64,000 nt of DNA from assembly GCA_001662655.1 (NCBI GenBank), contig KV460233.1; one strand, 5' to 3'. This stretch comes from Pseudogymnoascus verrucosus (lineage: Eukaryota). The notes beneath the pieces were generated by a model. The model searched no databases. It saw only the letters and a list, made by a program, of their open reading frames with translations, and was not told the DNA's origin. Of the stretch, positions 22,054-35,200 are shown one piece after another (position 1 is the stretch's first letter; the number at the start of each line of letters is the position of its first letter). A program made the translations under genes and the position numbers.

Positions 22054-23007
22054 ATGGCCTACCCAAACAACCCCCTCTTCGAGCTCCTCCGCGCCCTCGA
22101 CCCTCAACAAGCCAACCAACAAACCGCCGCTGAGCAACCTTCCGCCGCCCAGCCACAAGCACAAGGCGCTGAAGCCACCGGAGCCGCCCCAGAGCAACCA
22201 CAACACCCCTTCGCAGCATTCGCCCCCTTCTTCCCCTTCCCCCAACAAGCACACCCGCACCCCCACCACGGCGGCGGCGGCAGACGAGGCGGTCCAGGCC
22301 GCCGCTGCGGTCCCCGCGGCGAGTGTCCCGCCATGAACCCCGAGGCGCGCGGCCCGCTCGACGCAGAAGCCGAGGGCCACGGTCCGCATCACGGACGCCA
22401 CGGACACGGCGGCGGTCGTCATGGACGCGGAGGCTGGGGTCGTGAGCCGCCTGCTTATGCTGCCTTTGGCGGACAGGGAATGCCGTTTGATATCTCCGCT
22501 TTCGTGAATAGTCTTGCTTCGCACCCGATTGCGGAGGCGTTGAGGACTTGTGTTGATGAGGCTGCGCGCGCTGGTGGTGCGGCGGCGGATCCGAATACTG
22601 CGCCTGCGGAGGGGGAGGCGAGGGGTGCTGCTGATGAGAGTGATGCGTTTGCGCCGGCTGTTGATACCTTTTCCACTCCTACCGAGTATGTTCTCCACGT
22701 TGCGCTGCCGGGTGCTCGCAAGGAGGATGTTGGTGTGAACTGGGATGCTGAGAAGGGGGAGTTGAACATCGCTGGTGTTGTTTACCGCGCGGGCGATGAG
22801 GAGTTCATCGCTAGTTTGAAGACTGGGGAGAGGAGAGTTGGTGTTTTTGAGAGGAGTGTCAAGTTGCCGCTTGAGGGGGATGAGAAGGTGGAGGTTGATG
22901 GGGAGGAGATCAGTGCGAAGTTGGAGGATGGAGTTTTGGTTGTGAGAGTGGGCAAGGTGGTTAGGGAGGAGGCTTGGACGGATTTGAAGAGGGTTGAGGT
23001 GTTGTAG
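22054..23007 (+). CDS. Small heat-shock protein (HSP20/alpha-crystallin domain) with Gly/His/Arg-rich N-terminus
   Basis: 'FAPAVDTFSTPTEYVLHVALPGARKEDVGVNWD...ERRVGVFERSVKLP...ISAKLEDGVLVVRV'. Confidence 0.9.
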   Translation: MAYPNNPLFELLRALDPQQANQQTAAEQPSAAQPQAQGAEATGAAPEQPQHPFAAFAPFFPFPQQAHPHPHHGGGGRRGGPGRRCGPRGECPAMNPEARGPLDAEAEGHGPHHGRHGHGGGRHGRGGWGREPPAYAAFGGQGMPFDISAFVNSLASHPIAEALRTCVDEAARAGGAAADPNTAPAEGEARGAADESDAFAPAVDTFSTPTEYVLHVALPGARKEDVGVNWDAEKGELNIAGVVYRAGDEEFIASLKTGERRVGVFERSVKLPLEGDEKVEVDGEEISAKLEDGVLVVRVGKVVREEAWTDLKRVEVL

Positions 23008-23389
23008 ATGCTACAGCCTCTGGGAGTCTCTTATTGTTTTTCTTATAATAGGTTGTTGGAGTTGGATTTCTTTGGATAGGGTATATTGATAATAGAGAAT
23101 AACTTAACTTGAGACTTGATGTTTTCAATTGCTACATCGTTAATTGTGACACCTTGTGACCCGCGACTACTTTGCACACCTCATCTCATTTGGGCCGCCA
23201 CTTGCCAAGGGGTGAAACTTGATACGAATCAAACATAAAAAACGTAATATTCGAATTCCGAATCTCCTTCATCCAAAGGGTATTCAACCATCTCCCATTC
23301 CGTCATGCTAATCTTTCACTCGTAATATTCATCCATATGCACGCACAATCACAACGCCTTTTCCCACCCTCCCCACCACCACCATCTAT

Positions 23390-24769
23390 CTACTCCACCT
23401 TCGCACTCTCCAACTTCTCCGCAACCTCCTCCACCACCCCCGTCCCCGTCCCCAACACGACCTCCTCCTTCACAGCCTCATTGTTGACCTCTACACTACC
23501 ATCTTCCTGCGCCACAACAGCCACGCCGCCCTTGCGCGCCGCGGCAGCAGCAGCGCGCTTGGCGGGGTCGCCTTTGTCCTTCTTGACTTTTGTCTTTATC
23601 TTCTCGACTTTGATGATGGGGTAGGCCTTTGCCTCGATCTCTTGCCATTCTTTGTCTGCGGCGAACTCGGCGCGGATGGGGTCGAGGAGGGAGTTGAGGG
23701 CGGAGGTGAGGGAAGATTTGAGGAGTTGGGGGGTTAGCTGGGGAAATGTTAGTCGCTGGTCTCATATGACTGGGTCTCGAAGAAATTTGACACAAAAAGG
23801 GGTGGGGGGGGATAAACTCACAATATCCGCCTCATAATCCCTCTTCAACGCCTCCACATCCTCATAAACCAACGGCTCCCCCTCCCTCCTCTCCACCACA
23901 TACTTGGCCGTCCCCCCACTCTTCAGCGCCACCGCGCGGAAGATAACATGTTCCACAAACGCAATCAGTCCATTCCCCTCCACCTTCCTCGGCACACACA
24001 CCGCCTTCTTCAGCTTCTTCTCCACCCCCTTCGCGTCGTCAAGGAGATCAATCTTACTATCCGGATCACTCGCGCTCATCTTCGCCGCCTCCCCCAAGCC
24101 CGGGATCATCGTATTCATTAAGTGAGCACGCACTTTATATCCGATGCGCGGGAGGTTCTCCATGGCGAAGGTGAAGATCTTCCTCTGATCCACGCCGCCG
24201 AACTGCGCGTCGACATCGAGGTACTGCTCATCCAGCGCCTGCATGAGGGGGTAGATCAGCCCCCCCAGCGTCGGGTCGTCGGTCTGCTTCACCACCTCCG
24301 CGCCGGCCTTCTGGGCGACACTGATGCGCGTCACGCCTTCGAGCTTGAAGCGGTCCATGGTGTAGTCCTTGCCGAGCTGGTAGGAGCTTCCAAGGACGAA
24401 TTCGAGGAGGGAGAGGTCCACGCCGACGGCGCGGAGGAGGGCTTTGATGAGGCGGCTGTAGTAGGCGGCGCGGAACTCGACGAGCTCGAGGGGGGCTTTC
24501 ATGTTATCGAGGTAGCCGTGGATGTCAGCCAGGAGGATCTTGACGTGGCATCCTGCGTGGAGGAGCTCGGCGATCTTGATGATGGGGACGAAGTAGGCGC
24601 AGTGAGGGCGTCCCGTTGTCGCAGTACCCCAGTAGACTTTCAGCGCGCGCTTCTGGGTGAGGATCACATCGTCGATGAGTTCGGGGTTGAGGACTTCGGC
24701 GAGGTTGGATTTGATGAGGGCGATTGAGGCGGCGGGGTCCATGGTGGTGGTGGGGGTAGGGGCCGCCAT
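23390..24769 (-). CDS. TYS1: Cytosolic-type tyrosyl-tRNA synthetase; complement join(23822..24769, 23390..23737)
   Basis: 'YWGTATTGRPHCAYF', 'YPLMQALDEQYLDVDAQFGGVDQRKIF', KMSAS motif; intron 23738..23821. Confidence 0.92.
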
Positions 24770-25248
24770 TGTTGTGTGATGAGGCTGGGTGTGGAGGGAG
24801 AGGCTGGAAGGAAGGAAGGAAAGGAGAGAGCGATGTGGCGGCGCGAGGGGCGGGGTGGGTTAATTTTTGAGGTTTTGCGAGGGGGCGGGGCAATGGGTGA
24901 TTTTGAGTCATGGAGCGAAGTGGGATGAGGGTCACGTGACATGGCGGGGTCGGGCACGGAGAAAACCCCTGAAGGATGAACGGTACCTGAGAGGGTTCTT
25001 GGCTTCAACATAAGTTAGATTGTTTGCGATAAAGGGTTCAATTTAATTTAACATATATGTAATTGAATAGCGGTATTAACTAACTTCATCCCCCCTCTTC
25101 GCATACCTGCCATAATGGTGAAACTGTCATGTCCAAGTAACCACCCAGCCCTCCCATAAACGCCTTCCGTCGTCAACCACCAACAAAGGAACAAAAAAAA
25201 ACATACAAAAATCCCCTACAAATATCTCACACCCCCTCCAAACCCAAA

Positions 25249-27578
25249 CTAATAAATCGGCCGCCCCTCCTGCCACCTCTGCTGCACAACCTCCGGCCCC
25301 CCATCCGTGCCACTAACCGGACTACTCGCCTCTCCAAACTCTCCCCAGCTAACCCGTCCACTCTTCCTCCTTTCCCTCTCCGCGACCTGTCCCGCAACAG
25401 CACCGATCCACTCCCACACCCTCGCGATCTCGCCGTTTCGATCTTGTCTTTGCGCCGAGCGCACGTTGGCGTTCATCTCGACGACGTTCCGGACTTTTTG
25501 CCATATGGCGTCGCGTTTCGTCAGCGAATGTTCGTCGCGGAGTACATCATCGCGCAGTTGCGAGATGGGGATATACGCCTCCGGACACGCCGCGGGGTCA
25601 ATACTATGTCTCGCAGCCTGCTCCGCCAGGCGATCAAGGGTAAGCGAAATAAGTTCTGGGATCTTCGCCGAGATAGCTAGGTAAGACGAGTACTTCGACC
25701 GGGCGTAGAGGAGGATAGTTGCGACTAGCGCAAGAATTGCAATTTGGAGTCGATGTCTTGCCACTGCGAGTCTGAGGGATCGGCGGAGGGCGCAGGAAAG
25801 AGGGAGCGCTGAGAGGGAGCTGCTCGAAAGGCGGGGATGTCCTGGGGTGGTTGGTCTAGGGGGGAGGGGGGGGACCTGGTTAGTTCGGCGTCGTCAGATG
25901 GTTGTAGTACTAGTTGTGGATGGATGGATGGGTGAGGATTTGATATGGGCAATGAAAACAGACGAGGACGCCTACCACTTGGTAGGTGCTTCATCCGAAT
26001 GAAATGTGGGAGTTGGGGCATAAAAAACAAAAACTGCATAAAAAATCAAGGGGGAAAAACTCACTCATCCCTAACAACCTCCACCTCCTCCCTCCCCATA
26101 ATCTCCCCAATCGCCCCAGCCCACAACTCCTCAAACTCCGCCTGTCCCATCCCCCTCCTCCTCTTATCACTAACCCTCTTCTTCAGCTCCTCCTCCCCAA
26201 TCTCCGGCTTCCTCACCACCTCCCCGCTCCCTCCCTCCTCTTTCGCACCACACTCAAACTTCGCCCTCCTCTGCCTCAACTCCGCCACCGCGCGGTCCGC
26301 GACGACTTTAATCCTCCTCACCTTCTCCCCATCCGGCTCGCACGTCGGCGGTAGCGGGACTACACCACCTAATGCAAGCGGGTGGGGGCGCAGGACGAAA
26401 TCGGGCTCACATGCCGTCTCAAGCCTCTCATAGCAAAACGCATGTTGTGGGCAGGCTTCACACTCCGGTTCCGCCAGCGCAAGCGCCCAATCTGGCAAAT
26501 GCTCGAGTTTGCTAGACACGATAGGTGCAGCGGGGCGACCGACGCCACAGTAGCCGACGGCCAATTTCTCCTGTCGGTACCAGGCTGCGTACCCGCCGAG
26601 CATGGTGAGGAAGACTACCCATAGGGGACCCTTGGCATTAAACCCACCACCCGAGGCTTTCTTCTTCGGCCGCCTCGCAACGGGTGCGGATGCCCGGCCA
26701 GCAGCGCGCTCAGTGTCAAGTTGCAGCTGCTCCTCCGGCGTGAACTCCTCGCTCGTCTCGACGGCATTATCATCAAAGTCGATAGAATGATCCATCGGCA
26801 CGTGCGCGAGTTCGAACGTCGCGCTGGAGGGCGGGATAATCCCATCATCCGCGCGGGTTTGCGGGATATCAGCCGTGCGACGACGGGGCGTGGTGGCGCT
26901 GGACTTGCGCTTCGCAGGCGTCTCGTGGAGTGTCTTTCTGCGTCTCTCGCCGCTGGAGCTGCGGGAGGAGGAGATGGGGGAGGAGCCGCTTTGGAAGGGG
27001 TTATCGTGGCTGAATGCCGCGCCTTTGCGGGGGAAATCTTCATCCAGGTCTTCGGACTTGACAACAGGTGCTTCGCTCTTGCGGGTTTTGCGGACTGTGC
27101 GACGGATTGTGTCAGGCTCACTGGAGTCTTCTGTTGCGGCGCGAGCGTGCTTGGCGCTCGTGACGCGGGGGGTTTGTTTGACGGGTGATCGCGATCGCGT
27201 TCTCGCGCGTGGCTCCTCGGAGTCGAGCGTGTCCTCTCTTATCCTCGCCGATGGTTTCCTTGCGGATTTAGTCCGGCTGGCAGATGGAGGGGGGAGGATG
27301 GGTTGGTCATCTTCTTCTAAGGCACCTGCATCGTAGCGATCTGCGTTGGTGATCCCCTTGCTTGTGCGGCGTGCGCGGGCGCGGGCGGAGAGGATCTTGC
27401 GGGACTGGGGGAGGACTTTATCGGTGAAGATCTCGATGAGTTGGGGTTTCTTCGCGCCGGAGGGGTAGGGGATGTCGTGGGAGACGAGGATGGAGCGGAG
27501 GCGGGGGACGGTGAGGGTGGAGGGCTCGAAGTTGGATTGCAGGTAGTCGAGGCTCTCTTGGCTTTCGTCGTCGGACAT
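25249..27578 (-). CDS. SRC1: Inner nuclear membrane LEM/HeH protein Src1/Heh1; complement join(26065..27578, 25249..25855)
   Basis: HeH domain 'DYLQSNFEPSTLTVPRLRSILVSHDIPYPSGAKKPQLIEIF', luminal 'PECEACPQHAFC...LPPTCEPDGEK', C-terminal 'QLRDDVLR...GEIARVWEWIG'. Confidence 0.9.
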
Positions 27579-28678
27579 GTTGGGCGTTTGTTGGCGGGAT
27601 GTCCGGAGGTGAGGTGGATGTGAAGGGAAAGTGAGGCTGCTGGGAGATAACAAGTGTCCGGATGGTTTGGGTTCGCTCGGCAAGAATTGGGCTTTGTCCG
27701 CTGGGGGAATTGCGAGGGCTGCCTAATTTCCTTTGAAAGTTTCTTCTTCTCCAGGTGCAGTTTCAGACCTCTTTGTCTTGCCGATAGTGCCGGACTATGT
27801 CTTCAGAGCTCCAAAAACAGAAACTATGTACACAATCACTCCACAGTGTCGCAATCAAACAGAACCTCGAAGCGCGATGCTCACGGCGAGAACAGCTATG
27901 GCCTCCTTGTAATAGCGACCGGTTGTTAAGTCTGCGCGAGGTCAAAGCTTTGGCAGCCCGTTGATGATGGTCAACAGTGTGGTGTTGGAGTAATAGGGCT
28001 ATCTGTCAACGATAGCAAATATAAATGGCGTCGTTGGCCCGAGAACGACGGGTGGGGAAGTCATCGCAGCTTCCGCCACAGTGGCGAATAAATGCTGCGC
28101 CACACGTTTTGAGTCCGTTTATCAGAGTCACTTTGAGACATTCCGTGGCGATACAGATTGTTTTCTAGAAGGAAGTTGGAATGTGCTACTTGTCGAAAGG
28201 CGACCTTGTATTTGGTGTATATGCGATAGCACTACTTTGACGAACTATTATGACCCTTGGGAAAGAGCCCTTGTTAAGATAATAAATATAGCAACTATCA
28301 CAATCACTTTCACATAAATAAACTCGTGGTTTTGACTTTTACAATCCAATTCTTCTCCTCATAACCATTCATTAATCTATACCGCCGTCCCCTTTCGTAG
28401 TCTAATCTCTCGTAACCGTCGTCTTACAATACAATCCCTCATTCTGGCCTCCTCATCCCCATCTATTTTCCGCATCCATGCGCCAATAACCCCATCCCAA
28501 TCCATCTATAGCCATCCCAAGTCCAGTCCAATACCAAAACGCTAATCAATGCCAACCAATCGCTAACCAATGCTCCCAAAAACGCTCAGTCGCTGCACAA
28601 AGATAATACTCATACAGAGGCAGTCCAGTCAGCCAGTCTCTCGCGAGACATCGCCTGCCTGCGTCAACTTTCCTCCAC

Positions 28679-29811
28679 TCAGCAGCTCAACCAAGCCGCC
28701 GCAACAGCAAAAACAACACCGGCAGCGACACCAACGATGCTAGGTCTGCTCACAGCCCCGGCACCGATAGGCACAATCTTTCCATTACTAGCCACGACCC
28801 ACCCGCTCGGCACGCCCTCCACCACAATAGTCTGGCTCGCCTCATCCGAGCTCGAGCCCAACCCCGCCGGCACACTCGGCGACAAGCTCGTCACAGCAGG
28901 GGCCTCATTCGTCGTAGCCGTCGCGCCCTTATTCGCTCCGATCTCCCCGCCGTTGGACACGATATCCGCCATATTCCCGCTATTCCCCTTATACTCGTAT
29001 GAGGTGCCCGTGGAGTAATCCGTGATAGCGATGGAAGACACGACCATACTGAACGGTCCGAGCGAGAAATCCGTCGGTCCGCGCGCCCATGCGATGGTGC
29101 CAGGTGCGTTTGCGGGGTCGCCGCCAGACCAGCTGCCGAATTTGACTTGCATGGGTGATTGCGGGTATTGGTTCGTGTCTGCGTCGACGGCGTTGAGGAC
29201 GCGGACGACGGAGCCGGAGATGGACCAGATGATCTGGGTGGCTGTCCACTCGATGTCGTAGGTGAGGAACTGGTTCTGGTTCTCGGCGGTCTGGTGGAAG
29301 GCGCCGCGGTTGTAGGTGGTTACTTGGCCTTTGCCGAAGTAGTTGGATTGGGCTTCGTTGGGGGTGGCGCCGAGCCATTCGAAGTCGATCTCGTCGGAGG
29401 TGTCGGAGACGAGGACGACGGAGCTGACGATGCCGGCGCCGGGGGCGGCTTTCATGGTTACGCTGACTTTGCCGAACATGATGTAGAAGCGGCTGTTTAG
29501 TTGGGGGGCGTTGCCCGAGGCGGCGACGCTGAGGTGCACGCCGTCGGATTCGTAGGTCGGGTTGCCTTGGGAGGTGAAGGAGTCGACGGCGCCTTGGGTG
29601 AAGTCGACGCTGATTGCTCGGCCTAGGGCTGGGTCTGGTGGGCAGGCTGGGGGGGTGTTAGTTGGTTTGGCTTGATGGTGATGGGGGGAGGTGGAGGAGG
29701 CTTACTGGTATGGAGAGGATCGCAGTTTGCGGTTGTCTGGGCAGTAGCTGGTGTTGATAGGAGAGATATGGATGCTGCTGCCAGCACGGCGGCGAGGTGT
29801 GAGAATTGCAT
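28679..29811 (-). CDS. GH16 Crh-family cell-wall chitin transglycosylase, probably GPI-anchored; complement join(29706..29811, 28679..29646)
   Basis: Signal peptide, 'QTTANCDPLHTTCPPDPALG', catalytic 'DEIDFEWLG', 'YPQSPMQVKFGSWSGGD', hydrophobic C-terminus. Confidence 0.9.
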
Positions 29812-31108
29812 GGTGAGGATTTGGTTGGTGGAATGAGTGGTAGCTTCGAGGGTGGTTGAGGTTGGAGTCGAGTAGGACAGAGAGCGAAGGTAGTGTAAAT
29901 ACCAACCTCGGTCAACAAGGGATGACAGCGGGTGAAGGCAGATCAAGATATTAGCCAAGGGATTGTAATATATTTCCTCGAATCAGTCTAGAATCCCTCT
30001 GGAATGTAAAAAAGTAGTAGTAGTAGTAAACTGGGTAAAGTAGGACAAGCAAAGCAAGGGTTAAGCCGTCTTTATGAGGTCCCCTCGTCTCTCTAATCCC
30101 AGCCACCTTTTCTCTCTCGTTCAGTAACCGACAAGGTAGCAAGGAAATAAAAGGGCGAAAAAGCGCGTCAGCTAAGGGTGGGGATTAGCATACGTGTTAA
30201 TGTGTGATAAGCCTCAATGGAGGAGCAGAAATGAGTGGGAAGTGGATATTTTTTGCTAGTTTGGAAGCATGTTAGTGGTGTGTTGGTTGGTATAATAAAG
30301 ATGGAGGTTGGTGATGTGAATGTTGACGCTTGGTGAGCTGGCTGGCGGTTGCTGTGGATGTTTTTTAGGTGGTGGCTGGGGAAGGTGTGGAGCTTACATA
30401 AGCGAGGTGGATGGGAAAGTTGAAGGGACCACCCATCCACCCACTAGTAGGGAGGCAGGCTTGCGCACGGACTATAGGTATTGTAAACACGTGACGGGGC
30501 TTAATCATCATGCAGCAACAATGGGCATTAATGGATGTACATTAATATACGTGGAACGGGGTGTAATTGTGTAATGGAAATTAAGTACCTCGAAGTAGCG
30601 GGTCGTTCGCTTCGACTTTCCCGCCCCCGCGAAAAAGAACGGCCGACACCGAGTACGGCAGGCATTTCAAGGGTGGATCTAGGTAGTCTGTGCTTTAGGA
30701 AACTGCAGTTAACAGTTCACAGTTAACAGAAGGATGGGACAGAGAAACACGTGATTGCAAGTGTATCGTATATCGTATATCGTATATATATTAACAGATG
30801 GAAGCTATCCATAGCACGTGACTGCGAATAGTTCCAGAGCGCCAATAACTCCTAGTTGTATTAGCGGACGGATGGTGGACGGACTGTGAACGGACTATCC
30901 ACAGCTCTGGTCTCTGATCTCTGACAGCTCCAAGAGCTCTAACGGCTAACCGTCTCACCTAACATTTCTACTACAGCAGCAACTTCAGACGGCGCGAGGA
31001 CCATTTCTAGCCATATCCGGGCCGTTACTCGACTCCTCTGATGCTACATTACCCGTCGACGTCGACATGGACATTCTGTGTAGCAAGCCACAGCAGGAGG
31101 ATGATAAT

Positions 31109-31179
31109 AACAAGTGACAGGACTCAACAAGTGACAGGACTCAACAAGTGACAGGACTCAACAAGTGACCACTCAACAA
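31109..31179. repeat. 17-bp tandem repeat (aacaagtgacaggactc) x ~4
   Basis: Three perfect copies plus one degenerate copy. Confidence 0.9.
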
Positions 31180-32244
31180 ATACCACATACACATTTACAC
31201 TCTTACAAAGATCCTACCACACAATAACACATACATAATACCACAGATACACACACTAGCACTCCCTACTCGGTATAGGTATAGGTATAACCAAACTTCT
31301 ATCTGTGGCGCAGAACCGTGGCGCACCGCCACCGCCGGATTTAAGGGATGGATCCCTCTAGGGATAATAGATGGATAATCTAATAGACGGATGGATAAAT
31401 AACGACGTACATGTCACTCCACCAGCAAACCCTTTTCTCCACCATTGGTATAATTTCTAGGGGTATAGGGTCCCTACTAAAGCTGGAGTTAACAGTTAAT
31501 ACTGATTTACAGTACCCTTCATACAGCATTTCACACTCAATTCAAGTTCATAGCGTTATCACCTGTAACCGTCGTAAATATATGTAAATAATATCCCAAT
31601 CCAATGTACCTCTACTCCCACAATACTACTGTAAGGTACATGTGTCCTGTGCGTCTGGCCTGCATTCAACCCCCCCCCCCCGTACAAATTACCCCATAAC
31701 ACCCGTAGTGTAGTATCGGGCTTCTCTTTTACCCGCGACTACTCGAGTACAGAGCATGAGATGAGCACAGTACAGACAGAATATGAATACAATTACCCCC
31801 CATTTGCTCTGATCTGGCTCCTACAAATAATACAAGTAAAATCCTTTATATCGAACTTATCTTATTCACCGCATTAGGAACCGCAATCCCTCTCTCTCGT
31901 CGTCCCAGTCCAAGTCCAGTTGCAGCCCCGTCAAATACGCCAAAAAACCCCAATCCCCCCATACCCCAACAGCCACCACCACTCATTTACCACCAGTACG
32001 GGTCCCCATGTCCCCCATACATACTCTGCTCCATCCACCTGCCAATGCCCAGTACATCAACCTTCACATTCCTTTGTGCCAATAATTATACTCTTCACAC
32101 CTTTCGTCGCCCATTTCCGTGCCAGCCATGATAATATTCCATAACCCACCACCAAACCGCTGCGACTAGATTAGCTCTTCATGACAAATAATTACATCTC
32201 GCTACTAGCTTAGAGCTTCCCGGCTCACCCAGGACCCGACCACC

Positions 32245-35200
32245 ATGACGAGAAGAGAGGGTTCGTCATCGGCGAGGACCAGTTCCACGGCGAGCTCCAG
32301 ATCCATCGACACCATCCATGCGCCCGTCCCGACACAACCTGTCAACGCCTCATTGTTCCGCTCGCCATCGCGCACCCGAACACCTATTCAGCTCAAGATA
32401 GCTAGGAAGGAAAAGTAAGTCAAGTCAAACCTCATCCTCCCTGCGCACGGCAGCCGCTGCTTGCACACCACCACCACCCACCCCCCTCGCGCGCTGCTGC
32501 CCCCAAACCGAAGCTTCAAGATTTTGGTCACAAAATCCCTTCCACCTGTCACATTCTGAGCATGGACTGATAATCTGCCGGGTGCCTGCACCCGCGTCCC
32601 TCAAAACAGGCTCGAAAACGAATCTCAAATCTCCCCAACCCAACTCACAGGCCCGCTGTCCGGTGATAGCACGACACCTTCTTCGAATGCTCCCGCCGCA
32701 GCCTCGTTCACCGCGTCGACCTCACCTCCACCCTCGAAGGAACACCGCCGATTAAGCAACGACTTCGCCAACTACCGCCGCGACCTCTCCGTGCTCGACA
32801 CCTCAGGCGGTCGCATCCCGAGCATACAGCACAATCCGCCGTCCGCGGTGAGTCCGCGACAGTACAGCGCGCCGTGGATGTCGCCGACGACGCAGAATGG
32901 CGCGACGATGCCGACGAGTGCGTTCGGGACGAGTTTTTACGATGACTCGAGCGATAATCATTCGATGAACTCGCAGTTGTCGCCGAGTATGAGGCCGGGG
33001 ACGTCGAGGACGTTTAGTGATCCCGAGGTGGAGGTAGGGCCGGATGATGAGAGGAGGCCGTCGCTGGCGAGTGTGGCGACGTCGGGGAGTAATGGGTCCA
33101 GGGGGAGTGTGGTTAGGACGGGGATACATAAGAAGTTACAGGGCTTCTTTGGGGAGGAGTATGGCTCGGATGTGAGTCTACCTGCGCAACAGCAGGCTGG
33201 GAAGGAGCAGAGGACGAATTCATATTCGAGGCATAGGGAACGGAAACCCTCATCCACGGCGGAGGCTAGAGATTCGTCTCCGGTGCCCAGCAGACCTCGA
33301 ACTCCAGTACCCTCGAGCGACGTGGTGCCATTCTTGTACCAGGATTCAGTTGTGAGTACTTCAGTTTTTACTACATATTCAGATGAACATCACTGACAAA
33401 CACAGGATATCTCAAGGTACGGCGAAGCGCCAGTTCGAACTAATCTCTCAGGTGTAGACAGAGAACGCTATATCGCAGAAGAACCACCCCAACCACCACC
33501 AAAACCATCAACAGCGCGAGCCCAAGCCTCAGCCAAAGTTCACCGAGTCGTCCACGGCCACCGCCACAACAAAAGCGACGAAGCCGCCAAAGCCGCCCGA
33601 CCCTCAACTGCCAGGGAAGACATGGCATACTCGGGGAGAGAACGCCAGAACACCGGCACGGGCTCTGGTTCTGGTCCCTCGAGGCTACAACCACAACCGC
33701 AAAAGCGCGCACCAAGTCCAACACCCAGCTACACGAGCCAGAATACCATAGGCCAGACTTCGACGGGATCGACGATTACGATACCGGGACAGACAAAGAA
33801 GCCGGGGATCCTGGCGCGATTTAGACGGCCAAAGGACAAAGAGGAGCCGGCGTCGGGAATATTAAAGCATCTCCCAGGCTCTGTGAGGTCTTTCGCAGGG
33901 CCGAGCGGAGAAGCACAACCACAAGCCCCTTATGAACAGCCGCCTATGGACGCTTATGGTCGAGGCGACGGTAGTCTTGGATACGCTGCACCTCAAGAAC
34001 CTCCTTTGCAAGCGTCAGGGAACGGTAGTGGTAACGGTGCGCCGTCGAGTGGTCGCCCACCCTCATCACGGCAGGGGGCGCGACAGGCGGCGTTTGGGAA
34101 ACTGCCTTTTACCAAGAAAGCGAAACGGAATCGGATCCAGGAGGAACGCGAGCAAGCTGAGGCTCAGAGAGAGCGGAAGCGCACGGAGATGAACTCGAAT
34201 CTCTTTAATTTCGACTCCGACCTGACGAATATGGAGGGTATATTGCAGAAGCCGCCGTCACATGAGCCGCTGGAGAGCGCGGTGCAAGGCAGTGAGCAAG
34301 AAGAGGTTGCAGTACCAGAATCGGGTGGAGGGCTGCTCGGCTGGAACGCCCCCGATAGTTGGGCAGTTAAGAAGGTCTCTGATTTGAACATGACGGGCCC
34401 TGAAGCCGATGAGACTGATATGCCGCGGAAGTTTGAGAAGTCGCAGCATCCGTACTGTATACGGATTTTCAAGGCGGATGGGACGTTTGCTACGTTGTCT
34501 GTGGACCTGTCTGCTACCGTTGCGGATGTCATTACGCAGTTTGGGAGGAAGACGCATATTACGGATAGTCTTGACAACTACCAGATCATCATGAAGAAGC
34601 ATGCTTTGCAGCGGATTCTCAGCGCTGGCGAGAGGCCGGTTATTATCCAGAAGAGGCTTTTGGAGCAGGCGGGATACCAGGAGAAGGATGATATTGAGGA
34701 TCTTGGGAGGGAGGACCAGACGTACCTTTGTCGATTCCTCTTTATTCCGCAGCGCGACAGTGGGTATGCGGCGATATCGCAGGATCTGGGCTTGAACAAA
34801 TCGCAGAAGTTCAGTCATGTTGACTTGTCTGGGCGCAACCTCATCACCATCCCCATCGTGCTCTATTCGAAGGCGACGGAAATCATATCACTTAATCTCT
34901 CCCGCAACCTTTCTCTCGGACTGCCAAAGGACTTCATACAGTCGTGTATCAACCTCCGCGACATCAAGTATGTCAACAACGAGGCACACAAACTGCCGCA
35001 AAGTCTTGGGCGAGCCAGCCGACTCACAATCTTGGACGTCTCCAACAATCGGCTGGAGCAGTTGGAGCACGCGGAGCTGGACCGTCTGGCGGGGTTGATA
35101 AGTTTGAAGCTCGCAAACAACAGGCTGACGCATCTCCCGCCGTACTTTGCCATCTTCAAGCAACTCCGGACGCTGAATGTGTCGTCGAACTTTCTGGAAT

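Noticed and set aside
21709..22769. Alternative-frame and antisense ORFs over the small HSP gene
   Set aside because: They result from high GC content and codon bias in the real CDS.
31359..31380. I-SceI-like site (tagggataa...)
   Set aside because: Only the first 9 of 18 bp match, which is consistent with chance.
29951..32144. Small ORFs in the CRH / adenylate cyclase intergenic region
   Set aside because: Short, low-complexity and without motifs; more likely promoter or UTR sequence.
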